Shown here in pieces: positions 50,306-64,000 of a stretch of DNA of 64,000 nucleotides. The stretch's first letter is position 1. Each line of letters begins with the position of its first letter. The stretch is taken from assembly GCA_037379345.1 (NCBI GenBank), contig CM074513.1:44247195-44311194 (forward strand), in the 5' to 3' direction. A program made the position numbers and the translations under genes. The DNA is from Perna viridis. Lineage: Eukaryota. The notes beneath the pieces were generated by a model. The model was given only the letters and a program-made list of their open reading frames with translations, ran no database searches and was not told where the DNA came from.

Positions 50306-52095
50306 CCCAGTTCATGGGCTATTACAGAACAGGATTAATTTTCAGTAACATCTTGAAAAGAACATGGAAAATAGACAAGGAAATTTTAGACTTTTTTCAT
50401 CAAAATGAAATTAAAAGATAGACAAATAAATTTGAATTAAAATGTTTCGTTGATAGATTTAGTTCTACTTTTCAGTAAACCTGTTTAACTCCATTCTACT
50501 TATCAACAAATAGAATACCTGACATTCTAAAAGTAATGGTGAAATCTAATAATCGAATCTTCGGTGAGGAAACAATTTGCAGAACACCGCACAACATCGC
50601 TGTTGCCTGAGGAAAACATATGGATGCGTCATGCGATTATTTTTCGATTAAACATCAAGTAGTAAATTATTTGATTTTCTTCTTCAATATGCCAGAACCC
50701 TGGTTGGCTCTATGGCATTATGCATTATAGTTCAATTTGCTGTATCTCCTACAATAAGAAGTTATGTGTATAGTTATTACATGCACGTCAGAATCCATGG
50801 TAAATATGTTAAAATGTATATCTTGATATCTTGTACAGTACTTAGAATAAAATTGCGTAATTTTCAACTTGTGAAAGCCATAGAATCGAGAAAATCCTCA
50901 GAACCATGATTATGAATTTGACGTTTCTTGACATTGAATATTCCTAGAGGAAACATCGAAATGATACACTTGAGAAACGCCATTTCAGTATAATTTACAC
51001 TATGAAGATATCTTTTTGAGAAATGGAGGAAACGACTTAAATCTAACAACCAAACAAAACGTTTTCTATAAATTGGTGCAATCGCTTCAAGAAGAAGGGA
51101 TCCGTGGTTGCATGAAACCAAAACATTAAAATAAGCAATCAATGTTCTCCGCCAAGCGCATATTCGAAAGGACAGAGGGTTGCATACTCGACAATGCGAG
51201 TTGTGTGACATGTTTCTTTCCTGAGACTGTTGCTACATTAAGTGAAAATTTGAGAAGACCCATTAAAAACCTACTGGCATCTACTTATGTTAAAAAGGTA
51301 TAAAACCAAGACACAATAGATTCACGAGCTATTACATCAATAACGTTTCAATATATATTTTTTTATCATTATTATAAATATATCTGCGTTTTTATATTAT
51401 TGTCAAAATAGTCTTGATTCAAATTACTTTCAGGTTTGAAATGTTTCAGATGTCGACGCTTGTTTCTAATACTTCCCCCATGGAAGTATGTCATGAATGC
51501 TTATCTTAATAATTTCGCATCTGGGTCTCTATCGACAGTCCACAATCGATATAAATCGAATATACCTCCTTTCAATTGTTTGACTTATTTAAAGTAATAC
51601 CAACTTTCTGACCGATCAAATCATGACCCTTAAGCCACCCATTTGTGATATGACAGCTTGTGGTATATTTTCGTTGAGATACCCACACTTGTCTGGACGT
51701 ACAAGACCGCAAAGCTTTTAAGGTCGTATAAGTACAAATCGTAAGTGAATTGAGCAAGATTAAACTTTGATATTCCTTGACAGTACCTGACATAGTTTAG
51801 ACAAACACCAATCATCTGATAAGATCTACTACGCACGAGTACCCTCAAAGCATGATTTTACGATCAAACACGACGTCACTATTAGACAAAAACTTATTTT
51901 TGACAACTACACAGGTTTTAACTTACACTGCCTTTGATCATGTAAATGAATGTAATGATTACAGCCATTAATGTAAGGGTAAACATATCATGATGGTTAC
52001 GTGGTCAGATCTTAAACAAATACCATTATTGTTGACACTGGTAGAAGAAAAATTGAATTTCGTTATGGAATAAGGAATAAATCTTGGACAAATAA

Positions 52096-52370
52096 TTAGT
52101 TGGTACTTAGTAAAATAATTCTGTTTGTTGTTTTGACAAACTTTCTCTGTGAAATCATGGTAACGGTAGTTTTAGAGCTATTTTTTTTTAATTCACATGT
52201 TATTGTATTCCACCACGTTTGATTTTCTACTACAGTACACTTATACAATTTTGATATTTTTTTTACAATTAAATCAATGAACATGTTTGAATCGTGATTT
52301 TTTACCATTTCTGTTGTTAAATAATGTACCTCATTTGGGTTAGAATGTTGAGCCTAAACATTTTTTTTCA
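52096..52370 (-). mobile_element. Possible highly decayed LINE ORF2 fragment
   Basis: ENQTWWNTITCELKK resembles the KPW(W/F)DxEC linker of LINE ORF2; nothing else recognisable. Confidence 0.25.
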
Positions 52371-55300
52371 CATACCAATATATGACATCGGGGTATGACA
52401 TGGGGTGGTCTCTAACAGATGTTTGATGGCTTTGAACTGAACCGATTTTTATATTCAGCAATTGAATACTTTTTAAAGGAAATGACAAATATTTACATAA
52501 CAAAGTGAGAGCAAAAACCATTGACAAAATAAAATAAGAAATTGTACTGGTACTTTCATTGTATATCTAAAAGCGATCGAACATGGAATATTTACTTTCA
52601 AATAAGATTCAGATTAAGCTTGATATGTTTTGTAGCATTATTGGATTCCATCTATACATTTCAGTAACCCAACCATGTAATTATTACACACAAATATGAA
52701 CATTGTGATCTTATCCCACATATATATCTACATAATGTATGCATTTTATGACGGGATTCCTTTGTAAACTCGTCTCATCTTTAAAAAACAAATTTGTAAA
52801 GTATCGTATTCATTAAACAACATTAAATTCAAGCCATACAGGGTACTAATCCTGTCACCTGCAATTCGATCAGACAGGGGAGTGAACCATTATACAAAGG
52901 TGTCTGAAGGACCTGTTTAACATGAGAATATATACTATATATACTATATGCAATGTTTCAGAACACCTGGTCGAGTTTCACTCTAGATGGTCATGATGAT
53001 GGTTCTACCTCTATAAGGTGACGTTAGGAGTTAGGTACTTGCAGTATTTTACCTACCCTCTTCGTTGCCGGTGGCGCATAAAGTTGAAACCAGCTCCATC
53101 AATAGCCATCATTTTCAGTTTCTTTCCAGGTTTTCCCCATGTTTTTTTTTATTTCGCAAAATGGCGTTTGTAGTACACGAGACTTTTTCAAGTACACTTT
53201 CTATTTACTATAAGTTTATACTTAGGATTATTAACATGCACATCTGCATGCTCGAATTCAATTGTCGGTGTCATAATTATCATATTCTGTCAAAAGAAAG
53301 ACATGCTAATGAAGTAAACATAAATGGTTAATTAGATATCGTGGTGTGACATGGAAGTACGAACACTTGAAAGTAGTAGAGTATCTAGAATTTCAAAAAC
53401 ATGGAATGTTTTGTCAACTTTAATTTCTAAACTGGCATCCGGTTAATGTTCAATCCTTATGAATATTGACGTCAAATCTTTTCATGTGTCTATAAATAAT
53501 TTGTTTCGTCACATGCAGACAGCTTTTTTTCTCTCGGTATTTTAGTGAAGCGCGAGTCTATCACAGTTTTGCCCATTTTAACATTAGAATTGGCTAACAA
53601 ACTCATCAATATTTAAAGTGTTTAATATACTTGTGTATGCCGGTATTTTGTACTAATCAATCAATGATACCAGAGCGTGTGTTGAGGGGGCACCAGTATC
53701 GCTTCAACATATTAACTAAGTATATCATTACTGCAGTTGCCTTGCGTGTTTATCAAAAGTGATTTTACGAAATAGGTAGGTCGGTTGATTAATAATACTA
53801 AAAAGAAGACAGATATTTTTTGGAAGATGTGCTTAAACCACTATACATAACATATCAGAACAAGACTACAAACTTACACGATGTTTGTCCCGAGTTGTAT
53901 TGATTTTACCAAGTAATATTTGAAAAGAACAAATCTAAACCTAATTTTCTGCACATACTTTCGTGATTTAATGTTATTTTAATCCTATTTAAACCTTGTC
54001 AAACAGAAAGTGTCGATACCATTTAACGATCACTTAAAGGAATGACTAAGCGTGTCATAATTATTTCAATGCAGCTACTATAATTGTATATATAACCCTT
54101 AGAAATCTATCCCCAATGCTATTAATTCACCTATCGACAATGCTATATCAAATTAATATTTACAAACTTATTAATTATGAACCTGACATCGATTTTAACA
54201 GTAAATGAATATTCTAGTTTGAAAGAACAGCTTAAGCATGCTGCAGCTGTCTGGTTATGAAAACAATAACTGCCGAATGCTAATGGTGCACTCAGACATG
54301 ATCAGGCCAGGTACTTATTAACCGGACAATTATCAAGGACAGTGGACTTTACAGGTCAACTCAGGGTCACACAGCGATGACATGTAACGTTCACCATCTT
54401 GACATGTACAAATGTTGCATTTATTAGGTTTGTTTGATCCGTGTGGTGTATGGTGTCAGGTGGTTTGTTCAGGTATGTGGACACGAGTCTAAATTGTGTG
54501 AATGATAACAAATAATTGTCAAACATGCTGTCGTTAGAACCAATTATATACGAGTGTCCAACGAAAGGTTTGGTCAAAGAATTGTAAAAAGAGTGTTGTA
54601 ACAGGTTTCCGCTGAAATTAGAATACCTGGAAAAAAAACAGTCTGCTGTCAATGTTTTCACATCCATTAGATAGCATTTTAGCAATTAGACACATCTTAA
54701 CATTTTAAGATTTGATTCCGTTTCCAATGAAAAGATTGGGGTCTGGTTATAATGCCTTTGTTTAATTTTTACTCTCTACTCGTTGGAGCGAGACTAGTAA
54801 AATCCATTATACTTGTCATTTAATATTAAGACAATTTTCACACCTTTTCTTTAAAAACAACTGGTTTTGGAAAATGTTTTACTGTTTCCTTAAAGCCCCG
54901 TCGGACCCAAAATTTTGTTTTCGGGGCTACGAAATCTTTTAGTACTAACAAATTTTAAAAAAGCGATAAATTTCTCAATTATGAGTATTTGTCACGTTCC
55001 CTTGACACTAGATTCTATGAAATATAATTTGAATGAAGTTGGAAACCCTAAGTACAACATGCGTACTTTTGTTTAGCTTTTACAAGTTCTTGTTGATATG
55101 TTTTGAATGTATCAAGTGATCGGAATTGATTTTCATGGCCTTTAATCATACTGATCCGTGGGATACCACCCACAGTAAGCATATAATAATTTTCCAAGCT
55201 AACAACGATTAGATTCATTAAATAATACTATGATTATCAATTCTTATCATATCATGTTACGTTTCGTAATTCATTGTTTTAAAACATAAATATGTGAATA

Positions 55301-58300
55301 TTACGAATGAATTCCCAGAACATTCTAGCTATCAAACATCAGCATTGTGACTGAGAACTGAATAATACGACCAGTCTAGATTTTCCATAATTACACAGGA
55401 AAAGTTGATATCGATGTTATCAGCGATATACAAATACCTATAATTATGTTGGATTCTATATCCTGTCGCCTTTTGAGGTTATAATGGGGCCATGACACTT
55501 ATTCTTGTTCTTACACATTTAATTACAACTTGCACACAAGATGTATATCCTTATTGATGAGATAAGTCCAGAAACTTATACCAGAGTGGGGGTATCCGGC
55601 TTCGGTATTACCCGGACATCAATCATATAATTAAACTCATTTCCTAAGTACTCTTGATGGAGATATATTACAAGAATGAGACATTTCACAATAAGACAAA
55701 GAAGATATTATGTCATTGCCCTTTGTGGAGCAATGAGAAGGGAGTTTTAAATTTCAGTAAGGAGGTTCTATTCAAACATTGCTTTGTGATGGTTAAAGAT
55801 TTGTTTGTAATCTACTTAAGGTTGTCTTTGAGCTCAATGAATACCTGTCACACTGTAGAATATTATTTTGATATAACATTTCGATTGATAATTTTATAAC
55901 TTTATATAATACTCATCCGGTAGGTACTCCGCTAAATTATCTAAACATTATTATAGAACAACAGTGGGGTATAAAGGAATCTACTCATTTAATACTGTCA
56001 ATACAAAATATGAATAGTTGTAAATATTTGTTTTCCTCAGAAAACGTCATCCCAACTTTAGTTGATTCTGATCAAGTCTTACCGAGACGTTTTACAGATT
56101 TTGTAACAGCGTGCAAATATTACAAATAATTTTCTCATTCAGACCTACTCATCTGATAAATGTCCTGCAACGAAGTTAAAATGGGCTAAAATGATACACA
56201 AATTGTCTATTTAAACATCTTTTTTATTTATCACACAGCTAGTTTAATGCTGAAAATAGAAATAAATAGGTACTTTGTATGTAAATTCATTTCAGCACTA
56301 AACTAATACGTGTGAAGAATATGAAGTTTCATGTGACAATATAAAATAAATCTCTATCACACGTGGGAACCATCCACAAACAGAATAATCTATAAATGCC
56401 ATTCGCTCTTTTTTCTAAAGCATCATTCATTCTTTACCCGTCGACTGAAAACCAATCTTTTATGCTCATTCATCCTTACAATATTCTTCCATTCCATCAC
56501 GTAAAGTACAAACAATATAACCATGCAGCCCTATGAGGTGTGAAATAGTCTAACTAGTGTATGAAACGCAATATGTCAAAAATGTTAATACACAAACAAC
56601 GATCAATACAAAAAATCTAACTTCATAAATATATAATAATGTGAAGGAAAATGAGAGGTCCATGAAACAGACACATATTTTAGTACATAATGAAAGCGTG
56701 ATGAAAATAATACATAAATCTGCCGTAAACTTAGATAATTGAGGAAGCATGTAGTATGCTTCAATGACCGCAGTTGCATTTTCTTACGAAGATTATATAC
56801 AAAGATTAATGGTTATCTGACTCTGTTCGCCAGACTAGCCAAAGATCTACATTCCAGTAGGCATATCTTTGTTTTTACTAAAAACCATTTCAACTAACAA
56901 ATATCGCATTAAGATCAAATCTTTTTCTCCCACCCTTTTAATTGTTGTAAAAATACCAATCACCTATCTTAATATCCAACCTCAACATAAACAAATATTT
57001 CTTTAAATGGTTTAAACACGGACTAATCACCATTTACAATGTGAAAAGCGAAAATCTAAACCTTATAAATAAGTGACAAAAACAATATTAGCCTTCAAAT
57101 TGACCTTATATTGGTAGATATTTATCTCAAGAACTTGTTTTGTTAGTTCAAATAGTATTTGATAAACTTGTTTCTCCCAATGTCAACATAATTTGGCAGA
57201 CTTTAAGTCGGGTTGACAATGAAATGGCGGGATGATTTTAATCACGGCTCCATAAAAGCAAAAAAAGTATGCTGTCAAAGTCATACAAACTAATCGATAA
57301 CGACTTTTTTGTTCCTGCAATGAAGGAAAAGAAATTCTCCCCTTGGGCAAAAACGTAAAGAACTGGGAAAGTAATTTGTGAGAACGGTGGAGCATTTGAT
57401 ATTGTTAGACACAGAGAAATGATTGGCTGTGTTTTAATCTTGCCTCTTTGTGGCAATTATCTAAAGAGAGGAAATCGATTAAGCTGTTTCTTTCCAGAAC
57501 AAAGTCTTTCATGGCATGTACTTGACAATTTATCCATAAAGTGTTTCAAATAGAAAAGACGTTAACGCAGTTAGTTCTGATTTTCTTAGGCAAATGTCAG
57601 TTTTACTCAACAGAGAGGAAATATTTGATTAGCTTTTAATACGGACGGACGTGTCTCTCAAGTTGCAGTGATTCCCTAAGAAGATAAAACCATTATCTTC
57701 ACATAAATCCACAGAAAACAATCAGATAGCTAGTCATTAACATATTAGTCTATTGATTTTCTTCGATATTTAGGAGACTATACATAAGCTTAGAGTTATA
57801 GTTAGCATGTACCATTATATATTTATGTCCACTATGAAGCTAATAATAAAAAAATGGGACGCGAGAAGATTGCCTGGTAAATTGATATTAGTTTTCATGT
57901 GAACGGGACAGTTCACAACGATTAGGGCTAATTTTAGATAATTTCTATATCAGTTTAATCTGGTTTATAGCATTATGCCTTGACTAAACAAATAACATCG
58001 ACTAGATGGTATAGCGTATCATTACCACAATGTACATACTCAATTATGTCAATTAACCTTATAAATATACGATTATATACATGTACGGTGTAAGTATGAT
58101 CCATACTTGGTAAGTCGGGGCACATACCGGTCATCAATCACATTTTATGTTCGAATTAAGTAAAACTGACGTTGATTCGGCCTTATGGCCGGTTGTTAAA
58201 CTTTATATACGACAAGATGGGTACTGTATATTAATATTTCACCACTTAATAAATTTATTAGCCGCAAATAACACTCCTTCATTGTCTCTTTATCTTGTGC

Positions 58301-58418
58301 TTGTCATTAATCTTCACTAGAATTTGGCACCATTTTTCATTTCATTACACCATCAACAAAGCACCTTCCGTAAAGGATTTATATGTTTCCCTGAGGACTC
58401 CACGCACTATCAATCTGT

Positions 58419-60062
58419 TCAGATATTGTTTTGTAGCATTTTCGTGTTCTCTGCTCGTGGATCAACTATTACGTGATTGTTCACTTGTTTTCCCGGTAGA
58501 ACGTTTTGTGATTTATACATGAGATTATGATTAAATCTACGATTAACGACATGGAATACAGCAATGCACGCAAGTAACGTCAACAAAAATGTTCCAACGA
58601 CGGCACCAATAATGTCAGCCAATGAAAATCCTCCCTGAACTATTTCTTCGCGTGCAATGCTCATTTCAGATTTACTGGCGTTTATAATAAATGGCTGGTC
58701 ATTTTTTTCTCTATCAATTTGTTTTGATTCACCCTCTGAATTCTTTTGATTTTCGCCACTGTTTTTATGATCAACAATGTACGATTGGTCTTTCGAATTC
58801 ATGTTTTTATCTTTTTCGAACGGCACTGTCAGTTTGTCACGTGTATCAATCTTTTGTTTAGAGTCTTTTTCTTTTGATCTATCTTTTTCAATTTGTTTTA
58901 AATCCGTAACAGTTTGTTTAGTTGGCGGTATGGTCGGTGGGAGTGTAGTCTTTGGTGTATTAATAATAACTTGATCCCTGGAATATTTTGGAGGCCAGAC
59001 AACATTCAGTGAGAATGTTACGTTCCCCGCGGGATTGCTGGCAACACACTTATAAACCAAATCTTCTGTAGCCTGTGGGTCGGTAAGGTAAAGAATTCCA
59101 TAATTTTCATTGGAACTGGGCTTTCCTTTCGGTTGGAAAGTTTCAACATCATTACCTGGTTTGATCCATTGAATTAGTGGAATGGGATCCCCTGTAGCAA
59201 GACAGTTCAGCTTGCCTACTGATTCTTCAAAAATGGCATCTACTTTTTTGAAAACCGGTAACTGGCAGCGGAAATCTTCAGCCGTAAGTTCATTAAAAGT
59301 TTTTGCTCTGAGCCTTGACGGAGTTCGACAAGACGGTGGATCTACGCCAGTAAACATTTTTATATTGGTCTGGAAAAAATCAAACAACCAACCTACCTCA
59401 CAGTTACAATGTAGAGGATTTCCAGCAAGCCGCGTATGAGTCAGTCTACGGAAAACATACAACCAGTTAGAAGAAAAACTCTCAAATTTATTTCCATCCA
59501 GCCACAGGTATTTTAGTGTCCTATTAAGTGGCTTAATAACTTCTAATGAAAGTTCAGAAATTGCACAATTATGAATGTATAATCCGTTAGTTCGCAATCC
59601 CCTGAAAGCATTTTTAGCTATTCTCATACCAGGGTTATCGTTAAGGAATAAATGTTCCAGAGTTAGACCTCGGAATGTATAATCCTCAATCGTTCTTAAG
59701 CGATTCTTGCTTAGATCAAGCCACTGTAACTTTGTTAAGTCTGCGAAAGTGTCCACTTCAATTCTCTCAATTCCACAACTACTCAGGTAAAGATGTTCAA
59801 GTTTTGTATACGTTGAAAAATTACTTCTGTACAAAGTTGACGTTAGAAAATTATTTTCATTCATATTAAGTTGTACGGTATCAGGCGAGACACCAAACGG
59901 AATGAATGGTAAATTTTTTCTTGAACAAAAAACATTGTCACTTAAGGCAGGACAAAAACAAATCCCCGGACAAGCCGAGGAAACTAAACTGCTACATCCC
60001 AGTATAGTTAAGAAATTTACTAAAAATGTTACACTTACTTGCACATCCGTATTATAAAACAT
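58419..60062 (-). CDS. LRR and Ig domain type I transmembrane protein (LIG family), single coding exon
   Basis: 547-aa ORF: signal peptide, LRRNT CPGICFC...VFC, about 7 LRRs (LxLxxNxL), LRRCT NPLHCNC...C...C, Ig domain (LNCLATGDPIPLIQW...YKCVASNPAG), Pro/Thr- then K/E-rich stalk, TM IIGAVVGTFLLTLLACIAVFHVV, ~40-aa cytoplasmic tail. Confidence 0.93.
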   Translation of the reverse strand: MFYNTDVQVSVTFLVNFLTILGCSSLVSSACPGICFCPALSDNVFCSRKNLPFIPFGVSPDTVQLNMNENNFLTSTLYRSNFSTYTKLEHLYLSSCGIERIEVDTFADLTKLQWLDLSKNRLRTIEDYTFRGLTLEHLFLNDNPGMRIAKNAFRGLRTNGLYIHNCAISELSLEVIKPLNRTLKYLWLDGNKFESFSSNWLYVFRRLTHTRLAGNPLHCNCEVGWLFDFFQTNIKMFTGVDPPSCRTPSRLRAKTFNELTAEDFRCQLPVFKKVDAIFEESVGKLNCLATGDPIPLIQWIKPGNDVETFQPKGKPSSNENYGILYLTDPQATEDLVYKCVASNPAGNVTFSLNVVWPPKYSRDQVIINTPKTTLPPTIPPTKQTVTDLKQIEKDRSKEKDSKQKIDTRDKLTVPFEKDKNMNSKDQSYIVDHKNSGENQKNSEGESKQIDREKNDQPFIINASKSEMSIAREEIVQGGFSLADIIGAVVGTFLLTLLACIAVFHVVNRRFNHNLMYKSQNVLPGKQVNNHVIVDPRAENTKMLQNNI

Positions 60063-63000
60063 GTTTAATATAAATTATATTTGTTTTCATTTCCATTTAA
60101 AATATTTCCAAAGGTATAAATATTCTCCAGCGAGATTTAGCATCCTTCATTGTGAACGATCTCACTGTAATGTGTGTATGGATTTAAAACAGCGACCTCT
60201 ATCGGTGTATTTATATCTATACAGTTGAGTGCCTCTGTATAACGTTATTTCTGTTCAGATTGCAGTTTACCTAGAATATTTTATCAGCTTTACGTTTTCA
60301 GGATTTGAGAATTTTGTAAATATTTTGTAGACTATTAGTCTGATGTTTAGAAAATATGTTCATTGATATACAAAGAAAAATATTTTATTGATTTTTCTGT
60401 CAACATGATACAAGGGTTATTTAAGGATAACTGTGAATTTCTAATGGGGATGAAAAATAGCTATTTTTTCTTCTTTTTTTTTTTTTTGTCTTTCAAGATA
60501 CTTCGACAAGTTGTCCTTTAAGTACTATCCTCCGCAACTCTTATTAAAACAAATGTTCTCTTAAATATTAATAGATCCCAAATATATTTTATAAATACTG
60601 CAACTTTATCTTAGACGTCTTTTTTTGTTTTTGTTTCAATTTTATAGAATGTCGATGTAACACGTTTGAAGTTCTGATGACAGCTGTTATAGTCATTAAT
60701 TCGAGCACTGATTCATTAAAAATACATATATAAATCATTTATACCTATGTTATCCCTTACCCTGAAGTTAATGTATTGACTTTTTATTTAAAATCAAAGA
60801 TAAATATTTACATGTATGACAAGTACTAATAGTATATGACATACAGTAGCCCCAAGATTGATATAATTACTATACAAAGATTAAAAGATTATTTCATAAC
60901 AAAGACGACCGACATGCATATTATCTAAAATGGATCCATGTTATTGTCTTGATAGTCGAGATTCATGTACAGAAATTAAATGCATGTACATTAAAGTTCA
61001 GATCAGTTCATCTAATCGGCTAGCCCTTCTGTGTACTGAAGTGAACGTAACCTTTGTACTGTTTCAGTATTTATACTGTCGTTTGATTTTTATGTTTAAT
61101 GGTGTTTGAGAATGGCTGAGTCGGTGGCTTTCTATACATTGCACTGTAATTCTGGTATGGAAAAGAAGGTGCACTCTGTATTGTTCAATAAATTAATTTC
61201 TGTACAGAAAACACCTTTGAATTGTAGAAATGCATTAAACTGAATGAAAACCTACTTTTTACATGATATAGAAATGTGCAACCCTCTTCTCCAAAATGCA
61301 GTGACAGATAAAACCAGAATTATCAGCAACTTTTCATTATCACGTCTACATTTCATCACGAATTAATTAAAAATTAATGAGTTAATGTATGATAAATAAA
61401 ATGCAATCAATTCAAACCTGCTTCGTCATAATATATTCTTTGTTGGTTGGATGAGACATTGATTTACTTTGAGATAAGATAAAGAGGTTTTAGCTTAATG
61501 CATTAAATGTTGTACTTTCAATCATAAACCGTGTTAATTCTTGAACGAGAAGACACATTCTCTAGGTTTTCAGTCAAATGAATGTGTCATTTAGCTGTCT
61601 TTATAAAAGTATGACAATCAGATTTCTTTTCATTTTGACCATGTCACAACTTTGACAAGAATTGTCATAATCATAAACAATGTCATGGTCATCCTTTATG
61701 TTTACTAGATGTACACTATCTGTAATTACTGCATCGTGAAAGGCGAATAAAGGTCTAAATTGTATTTAAATGGTTTTTAATGACTGCGCGATAAACCGTG
61801 TTTTTCTTCTTCTCATAAACACATGGTGTTATTTTTACCGAACCCGAGTGCCACTTCAAATTGCAGGTGATATTTTAATTATCATGAGAAAGGTATATTA
61901 TCGCCTTGTTAGCTACTATAGTTTGAAAACAATCTTTGCTATTCTAATGGTAAACTAATGTCATTTTAATACGTAAATATTACACGGAATCGCTATGTTG
62001 GAATACCTTCCCTACACTTGTGTCCATGTTGTGGCGGATTCTGTTGCTCAATATAAGTTCAACTTTCCGATTTCTTCAATTGAAAAATAGCGCTCATGTC
62101 AAAGGTCAACCCTCCATCAATCCACAGATTAAGTATAAACCTCACGATACGTATCAAATCCTATTGAAATTTGGAATAAGGTGCCCGTACCGCTAGCTTT
62201 TAACACTCTCTTACGACTAAATAGGTGGTTTAAACACCAGTACGACCTGCTCTGTTCTATTATCCAGGTTATCTTGATACAAAAGGGTTACGATAGGGAT
62301 GACACAATCCGAGAGAATAAACCTTTAAGTTATTTTTCAGTGTCCTATAAAGTATAATTGACCGTGGGTAAAGCAACAAAGGTTCCTATTGTCGGTGTTG
62401 TAAATTAAAGGGCGTCTGAAAAGATGGATTCGGTGTACTTGAGGTTGATTAACGGCGGGTTGCGTGTGCTAGTCAATATTCTGTTAAGTCTGGGTCATAT
62501 ATACTTTTCATATATATATACGTTAAAGTATTGTATGAAGCTGTCCAACCATTCCATGATGAGTTTTAACATTTCATCTGCGGAAATACCTCGCATTTTA
62601 ATTAATCTTAATTGCTAGAGTACATGGGCGTATCTCCAAGTATTTTTCAAAAAAGATACAGCGAATTAAATATAATAGGAAGTCGGTAAAAATCATTCCA
62701 ATTATCAAATTACTTAATACGAAATATCAGACGTACATTTGTTGGTTTGTTTATCTGTAATGTAACTTTCATGTGACATTAAATGCATGCAATAATAACA
62801 TCTTCTTGTCAACATGCATATTGCAGAATCCTTATGTAATTTAATTTTTAATCCCCAGAAAAATCGATTTTTTTTAGTATTATGCGTGCATATTTGTATC
62901 TGATTTCTTTCGATTCATTTTTTATCGTGGGTTTTTTTGTGGGTTTCTCTTTTTTTTTAGTTTACTAAACTATAGGATTACAATGAGTCTACAAATATTC

Positions 63001-64000
63001 TAAGGCCTTACAAAAGGAAGTAACATGTTGCTAGTAATCTTACTCGCTGAGCTTATCAAATGTTTATCACGGGATGATGATGTCATTACAAAATCCATAA
63101 AGTATTCAAGCTTCATGACATATTCCGGCTCAACCATTAAGGCCGCATATATTATATAGAACACGGTCAAATTATGTCTGGGATTATTTCATGACGTTAT
63201 TCTTTCGATAGAGACATATGTCTATTACACACATTGGCGAGAAAAAAAGCATTGATAAGCTGTTGCAGACCCAAGATATTAGCTAGATTACTAAGTTGAT
63301 ATAAACATCCCTCAGATATTTGGTCGTTGAACTAACAAAAAGGTTTTTCTTCTCTATCTGTTTAACACTTCAAAGAGCATTGGGTTTTATCCACTACTAC
63401 ATTAATAGAATCTTTATGTAAGTGTATATGTTTAGGTTTAAGGTCCTAACATACAGTATCATCTATAATTTTAGCATTATCAGTGTCGATTTTTGAGTAG
63501 ATCGTCAGTTAAAGTACCAATTACGGACTTCAGTGTAGATAATGATAGGTGATATAAATCATAGTCACCTTTAGTACTGTTGACAGTGAGAGCTTATACT
63601 TATATTTGATCAGCGAAAAGACCGATGGGACGACAGCCTGTGTACTATAAAAAAAAGGGTTTTTTTAATTCCAAAATAAATACTGGTATAAGATAGTTTT
63701 ACTGTATAAGAGCAGGCGTTATTTATTATCATATACAAAGTGCAAAACCATATGTAGTTGTGGTTCTACTGAGCTCACGATATTTATAAATTGCTTCCAT
63801 TACCACTGTTCTTGTTCCTTCATACGTTTAACGAAAAGAACACACAAGAAATTAAGTATTCGAAATTTTCTTAGAAAGACAAACATAGCTATAAAAACTG
63901 CACATATGTCGTTGAAATGTAATGAGGATCGGCTATTATCGATAGTACTGCTGCCTGGTGAAATTAGAAAAAGTCATAATCTACAACAATCAGTGATCCA

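Noticed and set aside
58777-59869. Plus-strand ORFs inside the LRR-Ig gene (and 21057..21350 inside the orphan ORF)
   Set aside because: Antisense shadows of longer reading frames.
58419-60062. Assigning a symbol such as kek, LRFN or LINGO
   Set aside because: Architecture alone does not establish orthology; no FN3 domain or family-specific tail motif was recognised.

Overview
AT-rich animal genomic DNA, not prokaryotic. The repeat families suggest a bivalve mollusc, which is an inference from recalled repeat sequences. Two genes are well supported. (1) The 5' part of the cohesin gene SMC3 lies on the minus strand as 15 GT-AG exons (ATG at 12419, exon 15 ending at 544, 1409 coding nt) and continues off the left edge. 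(2) An intronless-CDS type I membrane protein with LRR, Ig and TM domains (LIG family, 547 aa) lies at 58419-60062 on the minus strand. Between them is about 46 kb of gene-poor, repeat-rich sequence. It holds a decayed LINE split by a TTA-TSD MITE, a CR1/L2 fragment, several Penelope-like (probably Naiad-type) remnants sharing one 3' end, two SINE-like elements, a ~2.6 kb foldback element, tandem repeats and a 280-aa orphan ORF. The most notable observations are a 41-bp CATGG...CCATG hairpin flanked by a 7-bp direct repeat (38450-38504), resembling a P-element excision footprint; an 18-bp array whose unit variation is often synonymous in a (S/P)KPTLK frame; a structured SINE head; and a degenerate 5S/RTE chimeric SINE. 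No rRNA, tRNA or CRISPR locus is supported, and no novel multi-gene system is evident.
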